This document shows positions 1 through 12,453 of a DNA stretch of 64,000 nucleotides, in pieces. The notes under the pieces are model-generated. The model was not told where the DNA came from, did no database searches, and saw only the letters and a program-made list of their open reading frames with translations. The first letter of the stretch is position 1; every line of letters begins with the position of its first letter. The translations under genes were made by a program, and so were the position numbers. Origin of the DNA: Puccinia triticina (lineage: Eukaryota); NCBI GenBank assembly GCA_026914245.1, contig CP110440.1, forward strand, positions 2,046,001 through 2,110,000, read 5' to 3'.

Positions 1-467
1 CTGTTTGTCCCTCCAGGTGTTTCTGTTTTTGCTGTAATTCCAGCTGGCGGTACATCCTTGCGCTCCTCCGCTGTTGCACGTGCGCAGTCTGAGGGGCTGA
101 AGAGTGGGCCCCCCACGGGTCTGCAGCCTTAGCTGCGGGCCGGGGGCCTTCATGTCCATCACTTTTGACTCGTGCGCTTGATGCGGGCTGGGTGGTGAGC
201 CTGGGGGCACGGCTTTGCCGATGTTGGAAGGCTGGTAGAGATTTAGATTTTTCTTATGTAAAATTCCCCTTTTTTTGTATCCTGGTTTTTGTAGTGGGAA
301 AACCCCACCTGTTTTTTTTTTTTGAACTTTTGTTGATGGGGAAACCCATGATGTTTTTTTTCTCATTTTGTATAATTGTAAGGGGGAACCCTTGATCTTA
401 TTTTTTTTAATTTTGGAAAAACTGTGTCTTTAATAAACTTGGATGTTTTATGTACTTAACGTACTTA

Positions 468-998
468 TTATGTATATAAAACACTGTAAACCATATGATC
501 ATGGCATTTGGCGAGTGCAATTGGCTGAGTTCTTGCCGGTGGGAATTGATCTTTGTTGGGATTGCAAAAAAATTGTTCATCAGCCCGTTCACCCTTATCG
601 GAAATCTCAATAGGACAGCTTTGATTGGAATTCAATTTTTGCTTTTTGATTGTGCGGCCAACCTTCTTCCTCAGCATTGATTCACATTTGCGGCGGGCTC
701 TTTGTGCTTCAAAAGCTTTGCTAGCAGGCGCCATTGTGAGTTGTTTTTTTGAAGGTCTCTTGATTTGCCCAAGCCAGGATGCCAGGAGACCTCACAACAA
801 CCATAATCTGTACACTTATGTAATATATTCAAATATGTATTGCAATGTATGTATAACACTTATTTCTCAGGCTAAAAGTTCTGACAGCTGTTCTACAGCA
901 TCATTTTTCCCTAGAAACATCAGAAATCATTGGAGAAAAGCCCCCACCCCCAAATTTTTTTTGGATTTTTCCCCCCCAAAATTTGGAACACCCCTGTG
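468..998 (-). mobile_element. Probable DNA-transposon end with the first exon of a transposase-like gene (MAPASKAFEAQRARRK...)
   Basis: Minus strand begins CACAGGGGTGTTCCAAATTTT at 998, a TIR-like terminus that truncates the neighbouring KDZ gene. A basic ORF follows at 734-468. No partner TIR or TSD was found. Confidence 0.3.
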
Positions 999-1015
999 GG
1001 GGTAGTTGAGAAGAG

Positions 1016-1727
1016 GTGCGGGGCACTGTATTTGACCTGATGTGTATGCAACCCCAACCTAAACTGGCAATTCCAATAATGATTCTGATAAATGAATTGG
1101 TGCTCTTAGGGCAGAAAAGCATACAGAAGCAGTTTTGTAAATGTGTGCCACATGTCGTTCGATTGCTTGCCACCGGTTACATTGCAAGCTTGCCCGTCCG
1201 GCCTACGACCGCCTTTTCAGTACGACTGCTCCACTTTCACAATTTAGCCTGGCAGTGGTGTAACGTGGCCACCCTTCCCTTCACCGAGATGCTGTCGCGT
1301 TGGCTAGAAGAAAGGTCTCCTAAAAGACTTAATGCTAAGGGCACTGAAGTAGGTTATTGCCTTGATTTATCCAAAATTGAAACATCATTGTTGAAATACA
1401 AAACTCCTCAGCGCCGCAAGCTACGCAAGTGCTTTTCTGCCGCGGTAGATATATTCCGACTCATGCTACTCAAAAACAGTGAGACCGTCGACAGTGCCCT
1501 TCAGCTCAGTACAACACAGAAGCTAGCTAGATCGTGCTGTCCAGGTTGCTTTGGAAAAAAATCTTTGGACGACGAATACCACGCAAGATCATCTGTCAAA
1601 GACTCACTGATTGTATGCCTTGATGGCCACTTTCAACACTGTCATAATGCCAAGGCAGGGCTGGATGCACCATTAACCACTTCACCCATCTTTTTGGACC
1701 CGGAAAGAATCCAGTCCATGCAAAACA
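1016..1727 (+). pseudogene. Fragment of a CxC1-cysteine-cluster / KDZ (Kyakuja-Dileera-Zisupton) transposase gene
   Basis: Motifs FCKC..VRLL..GY.AS.P..PTTAFS..LL.FH..W..C, CPGCFG and IVCLDG(H)FQH are typical of CxC1-KDZ. Two GT-AG introns (about 1043-1109 and 1349-1411) are read through in the ORF track. Truncated on both sides. Confidence 0.8.
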
Positions 1728-1729
1728 AC

Positions 1730-3620
1730 TTCAACAATGTCTTATAGCCCCTAGCCTTCATCAACCATTAATTTCTATGAACCGCTTATTTAGTAAGATT
1801 ACTTCCTTATCAAAAGACTCCAACAACTTTAAAGTCTTATTTGATGAAAAATTTAGTTTATCCAGAAAAATTAACAACAATATTTTAGAGCTTTCAAACG
1901 GTTTTGAAATTAAATCTTCTATTTCCTTGTACCACTCTGCGCCTAAATCTGATGATTGGCATGCGAGACTCGGTCACGCTAGCTTTCCTTACCTCAAGCG
2001 TATTGTGCCCACCTGTGAAGAGGTCAATTGTGAGATGTGTAAGATGTGCAAAGGGGTTAAAAAGCCTTTTAACGGTAAATTTGCGCCCACTCATGAGATT
2101 CTAGAAGCCATTCACTTGGATCTGGTGGTCCCGTTTCAAACCCGCTCAGTCGGTGGAGCTCAGTACTTCCTGACAATCGTCAATCAACAGTCGGGTCTTA
2201 AGTGTGTCAAACTCTTGAAACACAAGTCAGAGACCTTGAGCAAGTTTGAAGAGTTTGTCCTTTGGGCTGAAAATCAGACAGGTCTGACCGTGAAAGGAGC
2301 TATATCTGATAATGGTGGAGAATTTAGGAGCATCTTTGAAGACTTTTGTCGGAATCGTGGCATCACTCAGCAATTTGCACCTGCTTACACGCCTGAAAAT
2401 AATGGCATGGCTGAGCGGTCAAATCGTGCCATTCTTGACAAAGCAAGATGTCTCTTCGCTCAAGCCAACTTGTCCCCAAGATACTGGGCTGAAGCAGTTG
2501 TTACGGCGACTGATTTATGCAATCTCTTGCCTTCCAGCACTCGTAACTTTCAAGTGCCATACGAGAGCTTCTTCAAGAAGAAACTGGATCTCTCTAAACT
2601 TCAATCATTTGGTTGTATGGCCTATTTACTTACGGACTTACTTCGCGCACTGCAAAAAACACTTCGCGCACTGCACAGTGCGCGGATTCCCAAACACTTC
2701 GCGCACTGCGGGTAAACTACGCAACTTTTTGAAGATTTTTCTTGACAAATCAATAGACAGGCTTCTCATTGGCCTCTCTGAATTTTTTGGAAGTTTTTCA
2801 AAGCATTCTTCTATGTTTAAAAAAATCATTAAAAACCAGAAGAAATGTTGGATTTGGGTGCCTAAAAAACAAGGTTCCCATAACCCAAAAATTTCAAATA
2901 ATTTGTTGAGTAATGTAACATGTAAGAAAAGCTACTTCAAAACCTTTCAGGCACTTTGTGCAAGCATACAGGTCTGAAAAATAAGAAACTTCAACACATA
3001 TTAGCACATTGCATCTAAATTATCCTCATTTTTCAGACCTGTATGCTTGCAAAAAGTGGCTGAAAAGTTTTGAAGTAGCTTTTCTTACATTTATCATTAC
3101 TCAAAAAATTATTTGAAATTTTTGGGCTATAGGAACCTTGTTTTTTAGGTGCCCAAATCCTACATTTCTTCTGGTTTTTAATGATTTTTTTAAACATAGA
3201 AGAATGCTTTGAAAAACTTCCAAAAAATTCAGAGAGGCCAATGAGAAGCCTGTTTTACTGATTTGTCAAGAAAAATCTTCAAAAAGTTGTGTAGTTTACC
3301 CGCAGTGCGCGAAGTGTTTGGGAATCCGCGCACTGTGCAGTGCGCGAAGTGTTTTTCGCAGTGCGCGAAGTAAGTCCGTTTACTTATTCCTGAGGCGATG
3401 CGAGTCAACAAACTAGCGCCTGAATCAGAAAAAGCCATTTTCCTCGGCTACGTTAATGACTTCTCCTTGTATCGATTTATTCGAATCAAATCTAAAACAT
3501 TCTGCACTAGCCGAAATGTGACTTTTGATGAGAATGTCTTTCCATCCTTGGCCAATGAAAGTCTAGACCAATCGAGCTTCTTCTTCAATCCTTTTGAAAT
3601 CATTCCTGATGTTGTGGAAC
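1730..3620 (+). pseudogene. Ty1/Copia pol fragment (GAG-pre-integrase, integrase, SH3-like), split by a MITE
   Basis: WHARLGH, CEMC, IHLDL, ISDNGGEF and PENNGMAER motifs. Removing 2633-3378 plus one TSD restores the frame GCMAYLLIPEAMRVNKLAPESEKAIFLGY. Confidence 0.92.
2633..3378. mobile_element. Palindromic (foldback) MITE, copy 1, with 8-bp TSD
   Basis: Termini CGGACTTACTTCGCGCACTGC...GCAGTGCGCGAAGTAAGTCCG; ~350-bp arms and ~45-bp spacer; TSD TTTACTTA at 2625-2632 and 3379-3386. Confidence 0.93.
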
Positions 3621-6400
3621 TACTCAATGGGGAGAATAGAGCTTGGAAGGGAAATGGATAGCAACACTAGTACTAATGTAAGCTATGCAAGGGTGCTGAT
3701 GAGGCTGCCTTCCTGACTAATGCTGAGGGGATGAGAGTAACACTAAGAAAAAGAAGAAAAGGTTTGGCTGATTTCTACTTGATCTTAGGAGCTAGTACCA
3801 TGAGCTGACTACTGATGATGAGAGGGTTGGGGCAATGGTTGAAGGGGGGAAAGCAATGGCAATGATTCACTGGCAATGGTTTGATGAGATTGGGCACTAT
3901 AATTTCTGTATCTAATAATCTGCATATAGTTCTTTGCATAAGGTACAAGTGAGGGAGGGAAGGACAGATCTTATTATATGAAGGAAGGATGAGCACAGAC
4001 AATGAGAAGTTCTGACTATGGGAATGAAGGTTGTACAAATGGGGAAAGGTTCTGGCTATGGGAATAAAAGCTTGTACAAATGGAGAAAGTGATGTGAACA
4101 TAGTAACTACTTGTAATGATGAGCACTACTGAAAGAGGTAAGCACAGATCCAATGATGTAATGTGTACAATAGGCCTAGTACATGATGAGCAATGTATGT
4201 AAAGAGTTTAGTATGTGAGAACATATATGTAAAAGGAATGTAATGAAATGATCCAAGTAGGTTACTAATGAAGTGAGTAATGTAACTAATGAAGACTGTA
4301 GGTTTTCTGTAAGTCTTATATCCTCTATAACTACTGAACCATTGAAGATAAGGGGGTACTATGTATGAGTGACTATAGGTGAAATTTGGCGTAGAATCTG
4401 AATATGAAATAATAATGAGGTATTTGTGAAGGGGTGATGGGGTAATAGGCAATGTAATGATGTATATATGTAAAAGAAAGCAATAAAATACTACTTATGG
4501 TTTGGAATGGAGCACCACATCCTCCCCCAACTTATTGTCTGTCCCAGGCAATGCACCAAAGAGAAAGGTGATCCAGAAAGAGTTGAAGAATGTTGAGTCC
4601 AAGAATCCAAAGTCCAAAGTCCAATGTTCTTCCTCCAAAAGGTGAAATCCAAAGTCCTGAGTAGCAGTCCAAATCCAGAGTCCAGTGTCCAAAGCCAATA
4701 GAATCCAAGTATAATCCAAGTCCAGTATATCTCAGTCCAAGGTATCCAAGTCCAATCCAAGTCCAATAGTCCTATGTATCCAGAGTATCCATAGTCCAGT
4801 ATCTAATCCAAAGAGTCCAGTATCCAAAAGAAGGTCCAATTATCAATGAGGGGTGAATGTTTAAAAAGATCTAACTCTGCTGAAGGCAATATCCTTCATG
4901 AGACAGACACATATTAGACTAAATTCCACTCTGATGAATACAATAATTTTACCGCCTAACTGAGGCTAAGGAAGAGCAATGCAATGATGATGATGATTGA
5001 TGGGGTTGATAATTGTAGTTTCTGAAGGTTGTGAATGATTTGGAGTTGAATGACTAAATTTCTGAAGTGTCTGAATATATAATGTAAAGTTCTGTGAGAA
5101 GAATTTGAAATCCAAGGAGGCTGATAAGCTGTCCAAAGAATATTCTTGCTCAAGTTGGGTGGTTTCTGAGCTACAATGTGTTGGGAGAAATTGATTATAA
5201 TGGCGAACGAATGAATGGTTGGTTTGTTGGTTCAAGAATTCCTCGAATACAGGGTGAAGATGATGATCCAGGAATGATTGATGTTTTGGAATGAATGAAT
5301 GATGATTCCCAGAAAGAATGATGAGGGATGATGATGGAATGAATGAAGAATGGATGGATGGATCCATAACCTCGAAGTCATTCCAAATTGATGATCATAG
5401 GGGATATGAATCCAATGCCTCCTGGTTCATGTTCAGCACTGGTCACTTTTGAATTCACCATTTCAACGAAAAAGCCTTCATTTTTGTCCAGATGGGGAAT
5501 GGAACCTGTGTCCATGCGCGTGTGCGGTTGAAAGAGGGGTCCTGTTGTCCGAGCAGGGGCTCCAAGCTTGCGGAACGTCGGAAAAAAAAAGAAAGGAATT
5601 GGTCGGCCTGTAACTTCGGAGCGGCTCGACGGATTTTCTTGAAACCGAACTCATTCGAAAGAGCCGATTTCATAGATTAAAATGGTATATATTACTCGTT
5701 TTCGAGGGTTGAGCTTCGATTGTGTACGGCCGATTAAAGATACAAGCGAAATCCGCGGGCGCGCGTAGTAGTAACACCGCGTAAATAGAAGACAAGATGT
5801 TTTTGGGTATAACTTGGAGGTCCGTCAATGAAAAGTTCTGATCTTGAGTTCATTAGAAAGGCAAGAAGGAGGAGATGAAATGAAAACCGATCAATATGAG
5901 AGATTAATTCGGCCGATGGGCAGCCGTGAACAATGAATGAAAACCATAAATGAGGCCGCGTAAATCCTAACAAAGCTTTGAGCGCTTATAAATCCAAAAC
6001 CGCTCGATAGAATCGGTTAAAACCGAGTTCAAATGGAAGCCAAGATCAGAAAGATGAAGCCTAAAAAGTGTAAGAATAATTTTGAAGCCGGCCGAACCAT
6101 TTTTGGAATGATTCAAAGTTTCATTGTGATTTTCCACGGTTTCCGCCGCAAAGGAGTCGAATTTAAAGGAAAACACAATGAATTAAACCTGAAGGTACCT
6201 CCGAGGGACTGTCCAACGTGACTCCTGAGGCTGGCCAATCGCCTGAAAAGAGTTTTAAATGAAATGATTGCGGTATTTACGCGCCAGGAGAGATCAAAAA
6301 GGGTAGATTAAACTGGGTCGAACACCAGAGTCAATATTAAGGAAATGAAAGAAACACCGCGCCAAACGATTCTGAAAGGTGGAGGCGTCCATAGTGAAGT
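3620..6400. repeat. Degenerate repeat-derived sequence, probably non-coding part of an LTR retroelement
   Basis: 3620-5150 is almost free of CpG, with low-complexity AGTCCAA/TCCAGTA and GATGAT tracts. No recognisable protein domain. Confidence 0.3.
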
Positions 6401-6484
6401 CATAAAATGAAGAAGAAAGAGTGCCTTATAAGGTCCAGGTCATCGGCCAACGGAAAAGTTCCGTTATCGCATTCGATATCCGTA

Positions 6485-7263
6485 ATGTTTTCCTCCAGCG
6501 CCACTTTCACGCCCTCATCGCCGAAAGATAACCTTGACAACTCAATAGATTATTCGTCCAATACGTCCATATCCTCTTCGCAGCTCGACGAGGAGGCAGC
6601 TATTAGACCTGCGCACGAATTCCCGTTTTCTATCCGAAGAGCGCACTTGTTTGTCAACAACGTCCCCACGTACAACGCTTTCACGAGGGATAGCTTTAAG
6701 CCCAAAGAGATTGATGCCTTGCGTCACTATATCCAACAAGGACTCCTTGCCTTTGCTCGTGAGGACCTGGACGACCCGGTTGCCGCACAAAACGCACACC
6801 TTAAGTTGTATAGCCGGTTCCACGACGCTTTTGCACATGTATGTTGACTGGATTCTGTATGTATATGATGAAAATTTAAAAGAGAGAGTTGCTTATAATA
6901 CTAATATTTCTATCCCTGTTTCTATTTTGATTTTTAGATGGATACTCATTCCATAATAGATGCCATGATGGAGGAAACTGAGGAGAGGAATGCCCTGGAA
7001 TTATTAAGGATGAGGGACCAGGTGGAAGAAGAGGAAGATGGTTGGAGAGTAGAAGCAGAAATGGAGAGGATAAGGGCTGATGGTAAGTTCTATTTTTTTA
7101 TTCTTTATTTAGGATTTTTACTAATGCTATGCTTTAATTTTCTTTTTATGTCTTTTGATTTATATTTTCAGATAAGGGGAAGGGAAAAGAGAAAGAGAAA
7201 GAGGGAGAGGAAGGAGAAATGGAAGAAGATGATGTAGTGATAAAAGAAGAAGAGGTGAGCTAG
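6485..7263 (+). CDS. Three-exon orphan gene, ~196 aa, acidic/charged C-terminus (exons 6485-6838, 6938-7082, 7172-7263)
   Basis: Introns 6839-6937 (GTATGT..CTAAT..TTTTTAG) and 7083-7171 (GTAAGT..TACTAAT..TTTTCAG). Phases are consistent and give one open frame to TAG at 7261. TATAA-like motif at ~6427. Confidence 0.72.
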
Positions 7264-8323
7264 GCCTAGCAGTTAGGCTAGGCTTGAGGTGAGGAGAAGA
7301 CATGGTGGATGTAGTGAAAGTTGAGAAATGGCTGTATATGATGGGGGTGGGGAAATTATTTGAAGGAATAAAATTTGAGAAAGGCTTGATTATCATCTCA
7401 ACTTCAAGCTTCCTTTGAACTTCTGGAAGTTTTTAGATTTTTATCGTAGTGTAAGTTGAAGTGTGAAATCTCTTTTCCATCAGCCCCCTCATTGTTGCAC
7501 AACTTTCCTCTTTACAGCAGGAGCATCTCTCAACAGCGGCACCACATTAAACATTGCATGCAATATTAGGTATGCTCTCCACAGTTACTGTAAACATTGT
7601 GGGCACAGTCCTTGCATTTGTTTCAGGTTTGCTACAGCAACCACGATGTCACATTGTGTTTGCTGTTTGATTTGAGGGACTTCCACGACGTCACACACCA
7701 CCCTCATCTGTGCAAGACACAGCAGTTTAAGAATTGCCCAACCACAAAACATACAAGTTTTTACACTTTTGCAGAATTTCCATCCCTAAACCAACTTTTC
7801 CTGTCACATTTTGCACGCCATGAATCTCATAAATGATTGATTGTTTCCCAAGTTGATATTTTTCCCAATTAGTTATTGTAAAATATGGAAATAGGAGTTG
7901 AAATTGTTTGTCACTATGTTAAAAGGCCCACTCACCACACCTTGACATGCCTTCTCACGCAAAATGATTAATATTCATTGACAACACAAGAAACAATCAT
8001 GGATGCCTTTCGACGACTTCTATATGCGCCAAATCGACGCATGTAATGGTGATCTGTGCAACACAGGGGGCCAAACTGCTGGCGTGAGTTCCTTGCCTGA
8101 CGCTTTCTTTTGGTGATAAGAGCTTTATGGATTTGGGGGAGAGGCAGAAAGGGTTTTTTCCCTTTCTTGCCTCGACCAGGGGGGAGAAATGAGTGTATTT
8201 CGACCACAAAGCAAAGAAGGTGTGGGGTTCGGGCGCAAACCCATGACCTCAAGGTTTCGTAGGAGCCTGAGCCGCGCACAAACCCCCACACGCCGTAGAA
8301 GACAAGTGTAAATCAAAAAAAAA

Positions 8324-8735
8324 CTACTCAATCTTCACCCCCTCCCGTGCAACGTTCCTCAATATTGCCTTTGTTCTGGCCACATTGCCTTGTCCATACA
8401 GCCCGATGTAGAGCCGGTAGCAGCGGGAGGTCCGCCTGCCTAGGGTGCAGACGTCCTCGTCGCTCATGCCCAATGCAAGTATTAGTGAGGCACCGCCTAC
8501 ACAAAAACTATGTCCGAGTATGCGTGACCCTTTTGGGCAAGGGCCGTCTGTACCCAAGATAAAACTTCTTTCCTCGTCAAATGGAACCGTTTGCCACCTT
8601 TGAGGTATCCAAAAAGGGGGGTCCTGGAAGAGCCGGTCCCGGAAAACCGACGCCTAAGCGTGGCCACCGGGCACAGGATGCCCTGTTGTTTAGTCAGGAC
8701 GATCAGCTGGGGCAGCGCGGGTGTCAGGGTCAAGA
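8324..8735 (-). pseudogene. C-terminal fragment of a DIRS/Ngaro tyrosine recombinase (frameshifted)
   Basis: LCPVATLRRR..LFGY..HLT and GHSFCVGGAS..LGRRTSRCYRLYI, homologous to the ORF at 46199-47266. Confidence 0.85.
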
Positions 8736-10250
8736 AAAATGGCGCTCGTCGGCGCCGACGGCGCTGTCCTTGACGTCGTTGTTGTCGTTGTGGGTGGGGT
8801 CGTTGTTGTGGGTGGGGTCAATGTTGTGGATGGGATCGTTGTTGTGGGGGTCGTGGGGACAGGGGCGGGAGTTGCTCGGAGAGAAGAGGAAGGAGAGGGG
8901 ACGGGGAGAGGCGCGGACGGGCCTTTCTGCCGCGCGGAGAAGTTACAAGAGGTTGGCGTGACGGGCGCGAGGAAGCGTGGAGCGGCGGGCCTGCGCGCGA
9001 GCTGGTCATTGTGATCCTCGGAGTCCTCGTCGTCGTCCTCGTGGTCGAGGGGGATGGAGGCACTGATATCGCTGGGTGCGCCGTCGTCGTGGTCGATGGA
9101 GAGGGGCCAATGGGGCAGGGTGTGGTGGGACGAAGGGGAGGAGGGATGGTCGTCGGCGTCGGAGCAGAAGCCGATGTTGAAGGGGATGCCCTCGAGCACG
9201 GAGCCGCAGCCGGAGTAGACCAAGGAGGTGGACAAGAGACGGACCAGACTGGCCGCCGGCAAGCCCTCCAAGCCTTGCGCTGTCGCCCCCGATTGCCCAC
9301 TCGGCCGCTGCGGCTTTTGGCCCGCAAACGGCTTGAACGGCTCCGGCAGACTGCCCGAGGGACTTCCGCCTGCGGAAGGCGTGGAAGGAACAAAGCCGGC
9401 GCAGGCGGGGAGCGAGGGCATCGGCGGGGGCGAGCCGTTGCAAGACATCCGTCGGGCCTCCTCAGTGATGATCGAGGAGAGCGAGATAGCCCTGTTGCGT
9501 CCGAGAGCCTTGAGATTCACATAATGATGTGCAGTCTCGCTGCCCGCGCCCTGCATCTGGTCGTGCTGTTGTGGAGGATGCGTTGGGCGAGGGTGGCGGC
9601 GGAGCGGCCGAGGACGGTGGGAAACTCGACCTCCTCGTCTTTGATGAAGCTGTCGCAGATGCTGCTGCGGCCAAATCTGGAGCTAGCAATCAAGTAGGCG
9701 GCCGTCGAGCGGGCCCTGCGCAGGTTGGTGCTGCTCTTCCTGCCCACATGCTCGTTCTTGTTGTTGCTGGGGAGACTGCCAATGTCTTCGCGGCCTTTGT
9801 TGTGCTGCTCCTCCTCCTGCCCCATTTTGTCCATCGCAGCCAGGGCCGAGAGATCTGAAAACGGGTCAAGAGTGCTGCCTCTCAGTCCGGCCGCCGACGG
9901 GTGTTCAAAGTCAAAGGCCTGGTGGATGGACAGGGAAGGGGAGGGCTGCTGACCAGAGTGGGGGCGGGCCAGTGTGGCCCGGGCCCGGCCGATGCCGGGC
10001 GTGGTAGGCAAGAAGCCGAAGGTCTCGCGGACGTTGGCGGTCAGGGAGCGGATGGTGCTGGAGGTGGTGCCGTTGTAGAGCAAGAGCGGGGAGGGTCCGT
10101 GGGGGTGGCCACTGGGGGGCAGCCGGACGACGCGGGCCTTCTCCTGACCGCGCAGGGCGACCTGCTGGACGGCGGCCTGCCTTCCCGAGGCCGTCCGGAC
10201 CAGAATGACCGGGGTGACGATCATGGCGGGGTTATGGATGAATTTGCGAT
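8736..10250 (-). pseudogene. GC/CpG-rich, frameshifted fragment of an unidentified host-like gene
   Basis: Two long overlapping minus-strand ORFs (10266-9517 and 9556-8690), Ser/Pro/Thr-rich. Composition contrasts with the flanks. Fused directly to the YR fragment. Confidence 0.4.
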
Positions 10251-10899
10251 GTCGTATATTGATCAATATAGCGTATATTGATCAATTTATATTGATCAAT
10301 TTTTTTTTTTTTTATTATTCCTCTTGATATCTTTGTCTGTTTTCCATGTCTCCTTGATACTATTCTATAATCTCTCTCCTTCTGCCTGTGTTAGCTTCAA
10401 GCCACAGGAATTTTTTTTTTTCTTTTGCCTGATAACTTTCATAAATTTCTACATACACCACTCAATTCTTCCTGAAAAAAAGACTTTGCAAGTTTTAGGA
10501 TTAATCCAGGGTAGCTGAGGGGTATCAATTTTTTTTTTCTTTTTTTTTTACTTCAACAATTGATGTTATCAGAAGTCTCCAAATCAACTTTTTTTCAAAA
10601 GAGGAAAAACATTGACCCCTGACCTCTCTCATGATACCATGCTGCACACATTTTTAATTTGGTTGGTTGAACTTGCTCAAGATATTGCATATCATACTTG
10701 AAGTGCTACATGCATAGAAGGCCTTTTTGAAATTAGTTTACCATGGTATAGCATATTGTTGTCAGGTTCTTTTTTTTATCTACTTTTGTTATCAACCACA
10801 GATTAATGAGGAATATTTCCACATAAAATTTCATCGGACAATTTTTCTGCATATAAAACGCAGAAATAATGTTTTTGAGGTCACATCCATTATGCAGCA

Positions 10900-12453
10900 G
10901 CTGCAATCTGATCAGTTGCCAAATATCACTAATTTGGTGGTTTCTTTGTGTTTCTGCCACTATATCTCAACACAGCCTGGGGGTTCTTCCATGATATTGG
11001 TACCAAAATGATCAAATGCCCCTGAAGATTCATTGTGTACCTTGAATGACTACAATACCCCCAAATGTAGCAGCCACACTGTGATCAGTTGCAAAATATC
11101 ACTAATTTGGTAGTTTCTTGGTGTTTCTGCCACTATATCTCAGCACAGCATGGGATTTCTTCCATGATATTGGTACGAAAATGATCACACGCCCTCAAAC
11201 ATTTATTGAGGCCCTTGGGTGACCACAAAACCCCCGAATGTAGCAGCCACAATGTGATCAGTTGCCAAATATCACTAATTTGGTGTTTCTGCCACTATAT
11301 CTCAGCGCAGCATGGGAGTTCATCCATGATATTGGTAACAAAATAATCACATGACCCTGAAGATTCATTGTGTACCTTGAATGACCACAATACCCCCAAA
11401 TGTAGCAGCCACACTGTGATCAGTTGCAAAATATCACTAATTTGGTAGTTTCTTGGTGTTTCTGCCACTAAATCTCAGCACAGCGTGGGAGTTATTCCAT
11501 GATATTGGTATCAAAATTATCACAAGCCCCTGAAGATTCATTGTGTACCTTGAATGACCACAAAAACCCCAAATGTAGCAGCTACAAAGTTATCCGTTGC
11601 CAAATATCACTAATTTGGTAGTTTCTTGGTGTTTCTGCCACTTTATCTCAGCGCAGCGTGGGAGTCCTTCCATTATATTGGTACCAAAATGATCAAACCC
11701 CCTCAAAGATTCATTGTGTACCTTGAATGACCACAAAACACCCAAATGTAGCAGCCACAATGTGATCAGTTGCCAAATATCACTAATTTGGTGTTTCTGC
11801 CACTATATCTCAGCGCAGCATGGAAGTTCTTCCGTGATATTGGTAACAAAATGATCACATGCATTTGAAGATTCATTGTGTACCTTGAATGACCACAAAA
11901 CCCCCAAATGTAGCAGCAACACTGTGATCAGTTTCCAAATATCACTAATTTGGTAGTTTCTTGGTGTTTTGGCCACTATATCTCAGTCCAGCATGGGAGT
12001 TCTTCCATGATGTTGGTACCAAAATGATCAAATGCCCTCAAAAATTCATTGAGTATCTTGGATGACCACAAAACCCCCAAATGTAGCAGCCACCATGTGA
12101 TCAGTTGCCAAATATCACTAATTTGGTAGTTTCTTGGTGTTTCTGCCAGTATATCTCAGCCCTGCGTGGGAGTTCCTCCATGATATTGGTACCAAAATTA
12201 TCACATGCCTCTGAAGATTTATTGTCTACCTTGAATGACCACAAAACCCCCAAATGTAGCAGCCACAATGTGATCAGTTGCCAAAAATCACTAATTTGGT
12301 AGTTACTCGATGTTTCTGCCACTATATCTCAGCACAGCGTGGGAGTTCTTCCATCATACTGGTACCAAAATGATCAAATGCCCTCAAAAATTCATTGAGT
12401 ACCTTGGATGAACACAAAACCCCCAAATGTAGCAGCCACAATGTGATCAGTTG
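10900..12453. repeat. Tandem satellite, ~173-bp monomer, 9 copies plus a partial one
   Basis: Anchor GATCAGTTGCCAAATATCACTAATTTGG recurs at about 10910, 11083, 11256, 11418, 11590, 11764, 11926, 12099 and 12272, and is cut off by an LTR after 12445. Confidence 0.95.

Noticed and set aside
1..400. Possible gag-like ORF1 start on the minus strand
   Set aside because: Too short, cut by the window edge, and no diagnostic motif.
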